This document shows, in pieces, positions 1-9,513 of a DNA stretch of 64,000 bases. The translations under genes were made by a program, and so were the position numbers. Position 1 is the stretch's first letter; each line of letters begins with the position of its first letter. The notes under the pieces are model-generated. The model had not been told where the DNA came from and searched no databases. It saw only the letters and a program-made list of their open reading frames with translations. Source of the DNA: Planctomycetota bacterium (GTDB taxonomy: Bacteria > Planctomycetota > SZUA-567 > H5-PLA8). Location: contig JBBRPR010000010.1 in assembly GCA_038227875.1 (NCBI GenBank), positions 64,001 to 128,000 on the forward strand, written 5' to 3'.

Positions 1-944
1 AGCAGGCCGTAGCCGGGTTTTGTCAGCAACCAGAAGACGTTCCCGCGGATGGTGAGCCCGTGGTAAAATTCGTCGAAGACCAGCGTTTTGCCCGGATGGT
101 TGAAAAGTTCGGCGGCGAGCACCGCGTTGTCGGCGTCCTTCGACAGCGAAAGATTGTCGAGCAGCGCCGGATCGCTGACGACCGTGACGGTCCCCGAACC
201 GACGCGGTAGAGCGCGGCCAGCGTGGCGCGACCGCCATCGGGCAGGCGGCAGGTCAGCGTGCCGGCATTTGCGGGGCCTGTGCCGGCTTCGATCACCTGC
301 AGGTCTTCTTCGACGACCGTCAGCATCTTGACCGGTTCCAGGTATTTCAAATCGCCGCTGACTTGAACGGGAACGCCGGTCTGCTTGGGCGGTGCGAGGA
401 TTTTCGAGAGCCGCGCGTCGAAATCATCGTCATCATCTTCGCTGGATAAATGGACAGGCTTGGACGGCGCCGGCGGTTCCGGGTGCAGCGGAACGACGGA
501 GACGTCGGCGAGTCCAAATTCCTGGAGCAGCGATGTATCGCGATCGATCTCGCCGCGGTGACGGGTGCGCGAGGCCGTCTTTTTGGCGAATCGTTTGTCC
601 GGGCGCGCCGGCGCGATGATCACGTTGCCGCCCGCGCTGACCCAATCTTTGACCGCGCCAAGATGTCCAGGCTCGATGCGCACCATGCCCGGATCGGAAT
701 CCCAGAAAACGACGCAGGTGTCGTTGGTCACGGCGACATTCGGCGGCACCATGCCGCGGCGCACGGGCAGTTTCAACGCGTCGAGCAGTTCGAAGAGCCC
801 GCGGTGGCCGTACATTTTGGTGCCGTAGGAATTGCGGCCCACGCCACCCTGATCCGGCGGCGCGGCGAGATCCATCAGCACGCCGCAGAACCCGGCCACG
901 GCCAGCGCGATGATAATCAGGATGACGCTACGGGAACTTAGCAC
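1..944 (-). CDS. DUF4350-like membrane-anchored protein (partial, runs off window start)
   Basis: Not in the ORF track. Manual translation from GTG at 944 (RBS GAAGGAGG upstream) gives MLSSRSVILIIIALAVAGFCGVLMDLAAPPDQGGVGRNSYGTKMYGHRGLFELL...KDWVSAGGNVIIAP. The N-terminal TM, S-Y-G-x-x-x-x-G motif and WVxxGG match DUF4350, and the gene follows a DUF4129 gene. Confidence 0.7.
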   Translation of the reverse strand, partial: MLSSRSVILIIIALAVAGFCGVLMDLAAPPDQGGVGRNSYGTKMYGHRGLFELLDALKLPVRRGMVPPNVAVTNDTCVVFWDSDPGMVRIEPGHLGAVKDWVSAGGNVIIAPARPDKRFAKKTASRTRHRGEIDRDTSLLQEFGLADVSVVPLHPEPPAPSKPVHLSSEDDDDDFDARLSKILAPPKQTGVPVQVSGDLKYLEPVKMLTVVEEDLQVIEAGTGPANAGTLTCRLPDGGRATLAALYRVGSGTVTVVSDPALLDNLSLSKDADNAVLAAELFNHPGKTLVFDEFYHGLTIRGNVFWLLTKPGYGL

Positions 945-1614
945 GTGGCGCCTCCTTCTCAGGTGGGGCGGCCTGTGCGCGCGCGGCCTGCTGGATTGAG
1001 GCGTACGCGCGCAGCGACTCCTGATAATCCTCCTCGGTGCAGGGAATGCCCGCGTACCATTTGCGGTCGACGGTTTCGACGAGGAAGAAGAGTGGATCGA
1101 AGGCCGGCGTGTTCTTGAAGCGCTTCAGGTATTCGCGGTTGGTGGTGCCGCGGCGGACGTTGCGCTTCTGTGCGGCTTCCAGCGTCATCAAGCTGGCCAG
1201 GAAGAGCAGCCGCACGGCTTCGATGAACTGGCCCTTCTTCGCGGCGGCGCGAGCGCGCTGTTCGATCTCGGCGGGCGTCAAATTGACCGGAGCGGCAAGC
1301 CCCGGCTGAATTTCATCCGGCGCGCGCAGGGCCGAGCGGAACGAGTAGATGAGATGCCAGGTCAAGGCAATCAAGGTGCCCACCAGCAGCGCGAAAACCA
1401 GCCCGCCGAGGATGGGCGAGAATTCGAAGAGCGCCTGAAGCCAACCGAACGCGGGCCCGAACGTTTTGCGCAGGAAGCGAATCGCGCGCAGCAGCGCGGG
1501 GACATCGTCGGTGGGGCCAAGATCGTAGACGGACCGATGGAGAATCTCCTGCGCCAGATGCTTGATCGCATCGGGGGGAGGGAGAGGGGGGAGATTCGGA
1601 GCTGGCGCGTCCAT
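928..1614 (-). CDS. DUF4129 domain membrane protein
   Basis: TM helix followed by EAVRLLFLASL...TTNREYL...VDRKWYAG, typical of DUF4129; usual neighbour of DUF4350. Confidence 0.75.
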   Translation of the reverse strand: MDAPAPNLPPLPPPDAIKHLAQEILHRSVYDLGPTDDVPALLRAIRFLRKTFGPAFGWLQALFEFSPILGGLVFALLVGTLIALTWHLIYSFRSALRAPDEIQPGLAAPVNLTPAEIEQRARAAAKKGQFIEAVRLLFLASLMTLEAAQKRNVRRGTTNREYLKRFKNTPAFDPLFFLVETVDRKWYAGIPCTEEDYQESLRAYASIQQAARAQAAPPEKEAPRAKFP

Positions 1615-1628
1615 TCGTTGTTGGTTTC

Positions 1629-2582
1629 TTATAGCGGGTGCGAGGGATTGGAACTCGGACCTGGCGGTATGATTTTTGGAGGTGAATCCAGATCACTCCC
1701 AGTAGAGACATTCGCACCTGCATTGTCAGCGAGCAAGCTGAGATCGAAATGTTCGCGCTTGCAGCGGCAGGAATAATAGAAGACCACAAACGTGCAGGCA
1801 CTGAATGTGATCAGGATTCCTTCCATACTGGCTTGCAACGCGGCGCGCAATGCCAGCATAGGAACAAATTTCTCCGAAATGATGAACAGAAAAAGGAGCA
1901 GTCGCGGGGCCAACAAAATGAGGATCAGCAGCATCTGCTCAAGGTAATTCCCGGCCATCAGTTCAGCACTTCGTGTCAGTGCTTTCATACCGCGTTTTTC
2001 TTCAATCATGATGGCGGAATTGAGAAGCGAAAAACGCATGACGATATAGGCAAAAACTAACACGGCGGGAAGGACTGCAAAATAACCAAACGGTCCCAAA
2101 AAAACGATCATCAACCCAGCGACAATGAACGCGCCGATGCCGCATCCGAATAGCGCCACGGTGAAGAGTAAATTGGCCCAGATCAAGCTGGGAAGTCTGG
2201 CGATGGACCTGCGGAGCGACTCGCTGGTGCTGACAGGGGTGTTCATATAGGCGTTGGACACAAGATGAACCACAGCCGCGTTAGTAAATGGAAGTATGAA
2301 CAGAATCATGACCCAGGTGAAGTATCGGTTTCCGGTTGAGCGGGCATGGGTGAGGCTGGAATACCATTCAAGTACTTCCCGAGTACTCATTCCCCATTTG
2401 AACGGCGTGATGGGACCGGCATTCGCTGCTGCCACGAGCGCCCTGATCACTTCCACGGGTATATAGACCGTGAGCGCGATGAGAAAAATGGTCTTGAAAT
2501 TGTCGCGATATAGAGCGACCGCCTGATCGAGCGTCCCCGGCACGCTCAAGGCCTGAACCTTATACGTCATATCGGACTCCAA
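1629..2582 (-). CDS. Multi-pass membrane protein (GDPD-membrane-domain-like), paralog of 2649-3479
   Basis: About 6 hydrophobic segments; IEEKRGMKALTRS and FYYSCRCKREHFDL motifs shared with the upstream gene. Start may be ATG at 2570/2567. Confidence 0.75.
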   Translation of the reverse strand: MESDMTYKVQALSVPGTLDQAVALYRDNFKTIFLIALTVYIPVEVIRALVAAANAGPITPFKWGMSTREVLEWYSSLTHARSTGNRYFTWVMILFILPFTNAAVVHLVSNAYMNTPVSTSESLRRSIARLPSLIWANLLFTVALFGCGIGAFIVAGLMIVFLGPFGYFAVLPAVLVFAYIVMRFSLLNSAIMIEEKRGMKALTRSAELMAGNYLEQMLLILILLAPRLLLFLFIISEKFVPMLALRAALQASMEGILITFSACTFVVFYYSCRCKREHFDLSLLADNAGANVSTGSDLDSPPKIIPPGPSSNPSHPL

Positions 2583-2648
2583 ACAGCCGCGAACGGATCT
2601 GACGGTATTCCGTTGCTCTACTGCCCCTGACTATAATGGAGCAGCCTG

Positions 2649-3479
2649 TTACTGCGCCGGCGGCGGCGGCGGAACCTGCGTCGGCGCAACTTCCACCGGT
2701 GCTTCCGCGCCCACCGAATGCGCCAGCATGGTCAGGTCGAAATTCTCCAATTTGCAGCGGCAGGAGAAATAGAAGACCACCGTTGCGGAAATGCCGTAGG
2801 AGAACATCACCGCGTTGACCAGCACCTGCACGATCACTTTTCCGCCGGCGGTGGGGATCATGTTGGATGCAACGCCGCCAATCATGTAGACGGCGAACAT
2901 CACCAGGCCCAGCACGAAGGCGGTGCCGAAATTTTCGTTCATCAATTGTCCGGATCTGGTGAGCGCTTCCATGCCGGCCTTTTCTTCAATCACCACGATC
3001 TCGCTCGAGAAGGACCATTTGTACAGAAAGTAGAGCCCGGGAATCAGACACGCCAGCATGCCCGCGCTGACGATCAGGGACTTTAGCAGCCCCGTGGCAA
3101 ACAAGCTGACGAAGCGTTTGACGCCGACACGCATGCACTCCGACGCGGCCGCCGGCTTGCCCAGGTATTCGCTGGCGATGGCGTGAACGATCGCCGCCTC
3201 GGTGATCGGCAGAACCGCCACGGCCAGAATGGCCAGAAATGAAAGCTGCACGACCAGAGCGGGAATGGCGGCGATCATGAAGTCGATCAGCACCTGTTGA
3301 CTGGCGCCGGTCGGCGGCGGCGCGGGCATCAGACCCACGGCCACAAGATTCGAGACAAGCTCCAGCGGAATCATGGCGTAGGCCATGATGGTCATCAGCA
3401 CTTTAAAGCGGTTCTGCAGAAGATTCGTGGCTGTGTCCAGAATCTCGCTGAGTGACATGGATTTCAAAACGTAGTTCAT
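2649..3479 (-). CDS. Multi-pass membrane protein (GDPD-membrane-domain-like)
   Basis: RBS AGAGGAG; LSEILD...F N-terminal motif; IEEKAGMEALTRSGQL and FYFSCRCKLENFDL motifs. Confidence 0.8.
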   Translation of the reverse strand: MNYVLKSMSLSEILDTATNLLQNRFKVLMTIMAYAMIPLELVSNLVAVGLMPAPPPTGASQQVLIDFMIAAIPALVVQLSFLAILAVAVLPITEAAIVHAIASEYLGKPAAASECMRVGVKRFVSLFATGLLKSLIVSAGMLACLIPGLYFLYKWSFSSEIVVIEEKAGMEALTRSGQLMNENFGTAFVLGLVMFAVYMIGGVASNMIPTAGGKVIVQVLVNAVMFSYGISATVVFYFSCRCKLENFDLTMLAHSVGAEAPVEVAPTQVPPPPPAQ

Positions 3480-3541
3480 GGCGCTCCTCTGCTTGATCAG
3501 TCAACTTTTACATTCTGATTGAGATTCATCAGTCTAGCGAT

Positions 3542-6500
3542 TCACGGCACAAAGCACACCACAATACCCGCTCTGGTGACGACCAGCAGATGTCCGGCTT
3601 CCAAGGCCAGGTCGGTGACTTCACCGCCAGGAACCGCGGCGCTCCAGAGTTCCGTGCCATCGCTGGCGCGCGTGGCGTACACTTTTCCTTCACCGCCGCT
3701 AAAGAGAATCTCGCCGGCTTTGATCAGCGTTGTCATCGGCTCGTCTTTCCAGGTGCTCCAGTTGAGCGCGTCCTTGGCGTGAGAGGCGAAGTCGTCCTTG
3801 AGCATGAACGTGGCCGTGTTACCGTCGGCGGCGTATTCGAACGCGGAGCGTTTTCCGGAAATTAAAAACGTCGACTTCGCGCCGGTCGTCTGGTTGAGCA
3901 AAAACACGGCGTCGGCGGTGAGCACGGGCAGGCGGTCGCGGTGCTGCTCCTCAATGGCCTTCACGTGATGGACGTACTCGAGATCCGGCGCGACGGTGAT
4001 CACGTTCTCGCCGGCGAGCATGATGTGCTCGCCCTTGATGTGGCAATCGCGTGTGCCGCAGATGAGCTCCGGTTTATGACCCTCGACGGCAACCGGCAGC
4101 GCCCAGGGAATGCCGGCGCCCGTGGCGAGATAAAGGCGGTTGTTGGAAAACGCCATCGCGCCCCGTGCGACGAAGCCCGTCCGGTAATTGTTTTCGTGGC
4201 GGTCGATCTGCTTCTTCCATTTTTGTGCGCCCGTCACGGCATCGAGCGCGTACACGCAGCCGCCTTCGTCGGGAAAATAACCGCTCGGCACATACGCGAC
4301 GCCGTTGTGAACAAGGACGCCGCCCCACGCCGGCCAGCGCGAGACCAGTCGGCCGTAGCCCATCATCCGTTCGTCGGAGAGCGCAGCGCGGAAGCGCCAG
4401 AGCTCCGCGCCATCGGCCGCGCGCAGGGCGTACGCGAAGCCGGCGTCGTCGCTGAAGTAGAGGCGCCCGTTTGCCCAGCTCGGCGCGACCGAAATGCCGC
4501 GGTCGGCTACGGTACGCCAGCGCAGTTTGCCGGTGGTCAGATCGAGCGCAGTCAGGGTGTGATCCGTCGATGCACAGTAGACGAGTCCTTGCGCCGCGGC
4601 GACAGGCGCAACGGTTCCGGCGAGTTGCGCCGACCAGAGTTCGTGCAGCGGTGTCGTCGTGCGCTCGTTGCTCTGACCGCTGCGCGTGACATCGTTGCGC
4701 CACGAAGCCCAGCCGGGCCCGTTGACAATCGGAATCGGTTCGCCAAACGCCGGGCCCTGGGTCAGGCGTTCGGTGGTTGAGGGTGGCGCGGGCGTGCCGG
4801 GCGTGAGCGCGATATTGCCGCGGATTGGCGACTGGCAGGCGCAGCCTTCGCCCTGAACGAAGAGAAGATTGTACGCGGGGATCGCCGGGTACGTGCACGA
4901 GGACCGAAAGCCGGCAAAGGTCGTCACTTTGGGCACCAGCGCTTTATTGTTGATCGATTTGAAATCGATGACCTGATTGGGCCCCGGACCACGCCGCAGA
5001 ACGAGGTTGGGGGTGGCGAGAGTTGGCGTGCAGCGCAGTTTCACGCCGGGCGGTTCGAGCCAAATGAACGCGCCGGTTTTCGCGTTGGCCATGCCCATAC
5101 CCTGGCCGCCGGCGTCCTGAGCTCCGTGTTGGCGCGCGCCGACGACGGTGTCTCCGGCGAACGAAAATCCGGCGATGGTCTGCCCGAAATCGCAGGTGAA
5201 GAGATGCTTGCCGTCGGTGGTCGAGAATGCGTCGAGCACGCGCGTGTTGCGGCCGCGCACGACGAGCTCCAGCGCGGCGAGGAGATTGCCCTTCTGATCC
5301 TTCTCCGGCGGAATGTGGAGCACCCAGAGCTTTTCGTCGTGTACGGCGGTGCCGACGACTTCGCTCCCGGCTTCGAAGCCGGTCCCACTAGTCCACGTTT
5401 CCGTGCCATCCTTCTGCTGGAACGCGTGGAGCTTCAAATCCGAATCGCAGCAGTAGAGCAGGCCCTTGGCGGCCGCGAGCGATGACGTGGCGACGGGCGT
5501 GTTCTTGATCCAGAGCAGCTTGCCATCGGTACGGTTCATCGCGAAGACGGCGGAGCAGACGCCGCGGTAGTGCATGGTGCTCCAGTCCACTTTCACGCCC
5601 GGTGGTTTGCCGACGCCGCCGAAAAGGGTGTCGCCATCGACGGAGAGGTAGAGCCAGACATCGGCCTCGTCGGCCTTGGCTTCCGGCGGAATTGGAAACG
5701 ACGCGCTGGTGGCGCCCGTTTCAAGATCGAAGACGTGGCAGAACTTACTCCCGAGCAGATAAAGCGCGTTGCCGGCGAGCGCGATGTCGGAGCAGGATTC
5801 GCGATTGCTGTAAACTCCTGGCGGACGCTCGATGGGGAGATTTTTCTTGCCGACGCGCGACCACAATTCCACGCCGGTGAAGGCATCGAGCGCTTGGATG
5901 TAGGGTGTCTGATTGGGTTCGTCGGCATAGCTGAGGCTGGCGATCACGACCTTCCCGCCAGCAATCGTGACCGCGGCGGAGCTCAGACCGGGTCTGTAGT
6001 CGCTGACCCACTTGGCTTTGAATTCGTTTCCGGCGATGTCATCGCGGCTGCTGTACGTGTTGGCGGCGTCGTGCATGCGGTGCGTCCAATCGTCCCAACC
6101 GGGCGCGAAGGGTTTGGTGATGCGCGCCCAGACGCCGTGTTCTTCGAGAATTTCAAACGACGTAATGTGCGCGTCGGCGAGCCACGTTTCGAGTTGCGCG
6201 CGCGTCAGCGGCTCCTTGGTGTGATTGGCCACGGCGGTGCTTTGACCGAGCAGTGCGACGCCGTTGGGACTCAAGACGCGGACGATCTCCGCAAGATCAC
6301 GGTCGCCATAGCCGGTGACGAACTGATCGCTGGCGAAAATCAGCGACATGCAGGAATCGGGATAATTGAGTTTGCCGGTGCTCTCGCGATTGGCGCTGAG
6401 ATGCGTTCCGTAAAGTCCGGACGCGAGAAACGACTCGCGAGCGGCGGTCACGGAATTTTGCTCAGAGCTAATGCATTCGAGATTGAGCGGCGCGAGTTTG

Positions 6501-6691
6501 GCGAGCGCGATGTCGAGGGAGGCATTGCCGCAGCCCAGATCGAGCGCTGGGCCTGAGCGCGTTTTTAAATGAGCGGCGAGGAATTGGCTGACTTCGGAAA
6601 TGTTTTCTTCTGCGCGAAGTGGGAGCGTAATGGCAGCAAGCAGGGCGACCGCAATGGCGACGCGAAATTGGCGAATCCTGCAAAGGTGCAT
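3542..6691 (-). CDS. Secreted PQQ-like beta-propeller protein with N-terminal class I SAM-methyltransferase-like domain
   Basis: Signal peptide from ATG 6691; LDLGCGN motif; EIVRVLSPNG; many ALDxxTGxxxW repeats in two propeller blocks; RSSC...IPA...CAC motif. Confidence 0.8.
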   Translation of the reverse strand: MHLCRIRQFRVAIAVALLAAITLPLRAEENISEVSQFLAAHLKTRSGPALDLGCGNASLDIALAKLAPLNLECISSEQNSVTAARESFLASGLYGTHLSANRESTGKLNYPDSCMSLIFASDQFVTGYGDRDLAEIVRVLSPNGVALLGQSTAVANHTKEPLTRAQLETWLADAHITSFEILEEHGVWARITKPFAPGWDDWTHRMHDAANTYSSRDDIAGNEFKAKWVSDYRPGLSSAAVTIAGGKVVIASLSYADEPNQTPYIQALDAFTGVELWSRVGKKNLPIERPPGVYSNRESCSDIALAGNALYLLGSKFCHVFDLETGATSASFPIPPEAKADEADVWLYLSVDGDTLFGGVGKPPGVKVDWSTMHYRGVCSAVFAMNRTDGKLLWIKNTPVATSSLAAAKGLLYCCDSDLKLHAFQQKDGTETWTSGTGFEAGSEVVGTAVHDEKLWVLHIPPEKDQKGNLLAALELVVRGRNTRVLDAFSTTDGKHLFTCDFGQTIAGFSFAGDTVVGARQHGAQDAGGQGMGMANAKTGAFIWLEPPGVKLRCTPTLATPNLVLRRGPGPNQVIDFKSINNKALVPKVTTFAGFRSSCTYPAIPAYNLLFVQGEGCACQSPIRGNIALTPGTPAPPSTTERLTQGPAFGEPIPIVNGPGWASWRNDVTRSGQSNERTTTPLHELWSAQLAGTVAPVAAAQGLVYCASTDHTLTALDLTTGKLRWRTVADRGISVAPSWANGRLYFSDDAGFAYALRAADGAELWRFRAALSDERMMGYGRLVSRWPAWGGVLVHNGVAYVPSGYFPDEGGCVYALDAVTGAQKWKKQIDRHENNYRTGFVARGAMAFSNNRLYLATGAGIPWALPVAVEGHKPELICGTRDCHIKGEHIMLAGENVITVAPDLEYVHHVKAIEEQHRDRLPVLTADAVFLLNQTTGAKSTFLISGKRSAFEYAADGNTATFMLKDDFASHAKDALNWSTWKDEPMTTLIKAGEILFSGGEGKVYATRASDGTELWSAAVPGGEVTDLALEAGHLLVVTRAGIVVCFVP

Positions 6692-6922
6692 GATCGAGTC
6701 GGTCACCGGGGCAAAAATAGCGGTTGAGAAGAAGGAATACAAGGCGCGCGCGTCAGCGCTGGCCAATTGACGTCGCATACCTTTGTGCCCAAAGGCACAA
6801 AGGTATGGTTATTAATCAACATAGCAGCAATTGCTGCACTGCTGGAGCCTGCTACTGAATTTACCAAAACCGCCATGCCAGTACCGTCTTGTCTTTGTCT
6901 TTTCCGTGCAATTGCAGTATTA

Positions 6923-7726
6923 ATGGGTGAAAGCTTCCACGCACAACGCGTTGGAGGAGGGGAAGTTCAGACGAAAGCGGTGTTGGAACGCGTGAATAAA
7001 GTGATAACGATTGCTCACAGAGGTGCGTCGCAGCAGGCGCCCGAGAATACCATCCCGGCGGTCAAAAAGGCCGTTGAATCCGGGGTCGAAATGATTGCCC
7101 TGGAGGTCCAAAAGACACGGGACAATCAACCCATCGTGCTCGGTGATGTCAGTTTGGACCGGACCACGAATGGCTCCGGCCGCGTTGCGCGCATGACGCT
7201 GGCCGAGATCCAGGCGCTGGACGCTGGAGCCTGGTTCAACACGGATTTCGCGGGTACGAAAGTACCGACGCTGGCCGAGGTTGTGAAAACGGTCGGGACG
7301 AAATCGCGGCTGATGCTGTCGCTGCCGGAAACGCGCGGCGATTCGCCCTGGGCGCAGCAGTTGCTTCAGGTGCTGAAGGACCGCGCCAAGCCCGCCGACG
7401 ATGTCCTGATCTTCAGCGACTCCGATAGCCTGAAATACTTCCGCGACCTGGCCAAGGATTTTACGTATTGCATGGCGCTGGGCGAAAAGGTGGACGGCTG
7501 GATCTATCTCGAGAAGGCGGACAAGCTCGGCCTGAAAGCTGTGCGTCCGTTCCGCTCGCAGATCGATTCTGTGCTGGTGGGTCAGGCGCACGCCAAAGGC
7601 GTGGCCGTGTACGCGTACTTTGCGAACGAAGAAGCGGACATCAAGACGCTCTTCGAGACGAAGGTGGACGGCATCATTACAGGCCGGCCGGAACGGGTTC
7701 AAGCCCTGTTGAAGAACAAAGAATAG
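6923..7726 (+). CDS. Glycerophosphodiester phosphodiesterase (GDPD) family protein, catalytically degenerate
   Basis: IAHRG...PENT, SLDRTTNG, LDAGAWF, VPTLAEV and DGIIT motifs present; metal ligands and second His substituted. Start uncertain (6923-6992). Confidence 0.8.
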   Translation: MGESFHAQRVGGGEVQTKAVLERVNKVITIAHRGASQQAPENTIPAVKKAVESGVEMIALEVQKTRDNQPIVLGDVSLDRTTNGSGRVARMTLAEIQALDAGAWFNTDFAGTKVPTLAEVVKTVGTKSRLMLSLPETRGDSPWAQQLLQVLKDRAKPADDVLIFSDSDSLKYFRDLAKDFTYCMALGEKVDGWIYLEKADKLGLKAVRPFRSQIDSVLVGQAHAKGVAVYAYFANEEADIKTLFETKVDGIITGRPERVQALLKNKE

Positions 7727-7750
7727 AGAGTTGTCCTAGTTGGGATTGCC

Positions 7751-8407
7751 ATGGGCATGAAATGCGAAGTCGAGACGTGCGAGAACGAAGCCACAGTGCA
7801 CCTGACCGAGATTCGGGAAGGCAAGAAACACGAAATGCATCTGTGCGAGCGCTGCGCCTCTGAAAAGGGGCTGCCGGGCAAGTCGCATTTTTCGATCTCC
7901 GATCTGCTTCACGGCATCGCCAGCCAGGCGCAGGCGCAGTCCCAGAAATCCAAACGCACGCGCGAGACGGCCTGCCCCAACTGCGGCGCGACGCTCTCGC
8001 AGTTTCAGTCCTCGGGGCGCTTCGGTTGTCCCGAGTGCTACGTGACCTTCAAAGACGACGTGCAAGGCCTGGTCGAGAAGATTCACGATAGTTCCCAGCA
8101 CGTGGGCAAGGTGCCGCGCCGGGTCTCGTCGGAAATTTCGCTGCAGAAGGATATCCGCCAACTGCAACTGGACCTGAAGAAGGCCGTGAAGCGCGAGGAT
8201 TACGAGAAGGCGGCGGCGATCCGCGACCAGATTCATCAGTTGGAAGAACAGATCAAGTTGAGGGAAAGCGCCGCGGCAACGCCGCCCGCTGCTCCCGCCT
8301 TGCCCAAGCCGGAACGGGCCGAGAAGACGGAAAAACCCGAAGAGGGCAATCCGGGCCCGAAGCCTGGCGGCAAGAAAAAAGGTCATTCCGAGAGCGAAGG
8401 CAAGTAA
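7751..8407 (+). CDS. mcsA: Protein-arginine kinase activator McsA
   Basis: Four Cys pairs (CEVETC, CERC, CPNC, GRFGCPECY), HVGKVP, UVR motif EDYEKAAAIRDQI; directly upstream of mcsB. Confidence 0.93.
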   Translation: MGMKCEVETCENEATVHLTEIREGKKHEMHLCERCASEKGLPGKSHFSISDLLHGIASQAQAQSQKSKRTRETACPNCGATLSQFQSSGRFGCPECYVTFKDDVQGLVEKIHDSSQHVGKVPRRVSSEISLQKDIRQLQLDLKKAVKREDYEKAAAIRDQIHQLEEQIKLRESAAATPPAAPALPKPERAEKTEKPEEGNPGPKPGGKKKGHSESEGK

Positions 8408-8440
8408 CGCACACCCACGAGCGAGCCGCGGATTCCAATA

Positions 8441-9502
8441 ATGGCGTTGAATGACATGATTAAATCGTCCGGCGAATGGATGCGCGGGACGGGGCCCGAG
8501 GCGGAGATTGTCATCTCCAGCCGGGTGCGATTGGCGCGCAATATCCGCGGCTACCGTTTCATCACGAAAATGGATGCCGCAGAACGGGGCGCGTGCGAAG
8601 CGCTGATTCACCAGCAGATTCAGAACGCGAAGATCATTCAAAACGGGATGTATCTACAGCTGCACAAGGTCGAAGGACTGGACCGCAAGTTCCTGGTCGA
8701 ACGGCACCTGATTTCGAAAGAGCACGAGGACGCGCAGTACCAGCGCGGCGTGGCGATCGGCGACAACGAAGCCATCGCGATCATGGTCAACGAAGAAGAC
8801 CACATCCGCCTGCAGGTGCTGCAATCGGGGTTTCAGTTGCAGGAAGCGTGGAAGATCTGCAGCAAGGTCGACGACGACCTCGAGCAGCATCTTGACTATT
8901 CGTTCTCGCCGCAGCTGGGTTATTTGACGGCCTGTCCGACGAACGTCGGCACGGGCATGCGCGTTTCGGTGATGCTCCACCTGCCGGCCCTGGTGCTGAC
9001 GCGGCACATCGAAAAAGTATTTCAGGCCGTCGCCAAGATGAACCTGGCTGTGCGCGGGTTGTACGGCGAAGGCACGGAAGCCAGCGGGCACTTCTACCAG
9101 ATCTCCAATCAAGTCACGCTCGGGCGTACGGAAGAAGAAATCGTCAGCAACGTCGAGCATGTGATTCCCAACATCGTCCGCTACGAACACAACGCCCGGC
9201 AGACGCTGCTGGCCAAGGATCGCAAGCGCCTGGAAGACCGCGTCTGGCGTGCCTACGGACTGTTGAAGTACGCACAGATGCTGCCCAGCGACGAGGCGAT
9301 GATGCTGCTATCGATGGTGCGCATGGGCGTCCACATGGGACTGCTGAAGGATCTGACGCTGCGCACGGTCAATGAACTCTTTATTTTCACGCAGCCGGCG
9401 CATTTGCAGAAGTTGACCGGCAAGGAACTGGAAGCCAGCGATCGGGACGTGCGGCGCGCGGAGTTCGTGCGGGCGAAATTGAACGCAATCAAGGGCGTGT
9501 AA
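8441..9502 (+). CDS. mcsB: Protein arginine kinase McsB
   Basis: ISSRVRLARN, NEEDHIR, GYLTACPTNVGTGMR, RGLYGEG, QISNQVTLG, QPAHLQ. Confidence 0.95.
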   Translation: MALNDMIKSSGEWMRGTGPEAEIVISSRVRLARNIRGYRFITKMDAAERGACEALIHQQIQNAKIIQNGMYLQLHKVEGLDRKFLVERHLISKEHEDAQYQRGVAIGDNEAIAIMVNEEDHIRLQVLQSGFQLQEAWKICSKVDDDLEQHLDYSFSPQLGYLTACPTNVGTGMRVSVMLHLPALVLTRHIEKVFQAVAKMNLAVRGLYGEGTEASGHFYQISNQVTLGRTEEEIVSNVEHVIPNIVRYEHNARQTLLAKDRKRLEDRVWRAYGLLKYAQMLPSDEAMMLLSMVRMGVHMGLLKDLTLRTVNELFIFTQPAHLQKLTGKELEASDRDVRRAEFVRAKLNAIKGV

Positions 9503-9513
9503 GTGTCGAGCAG

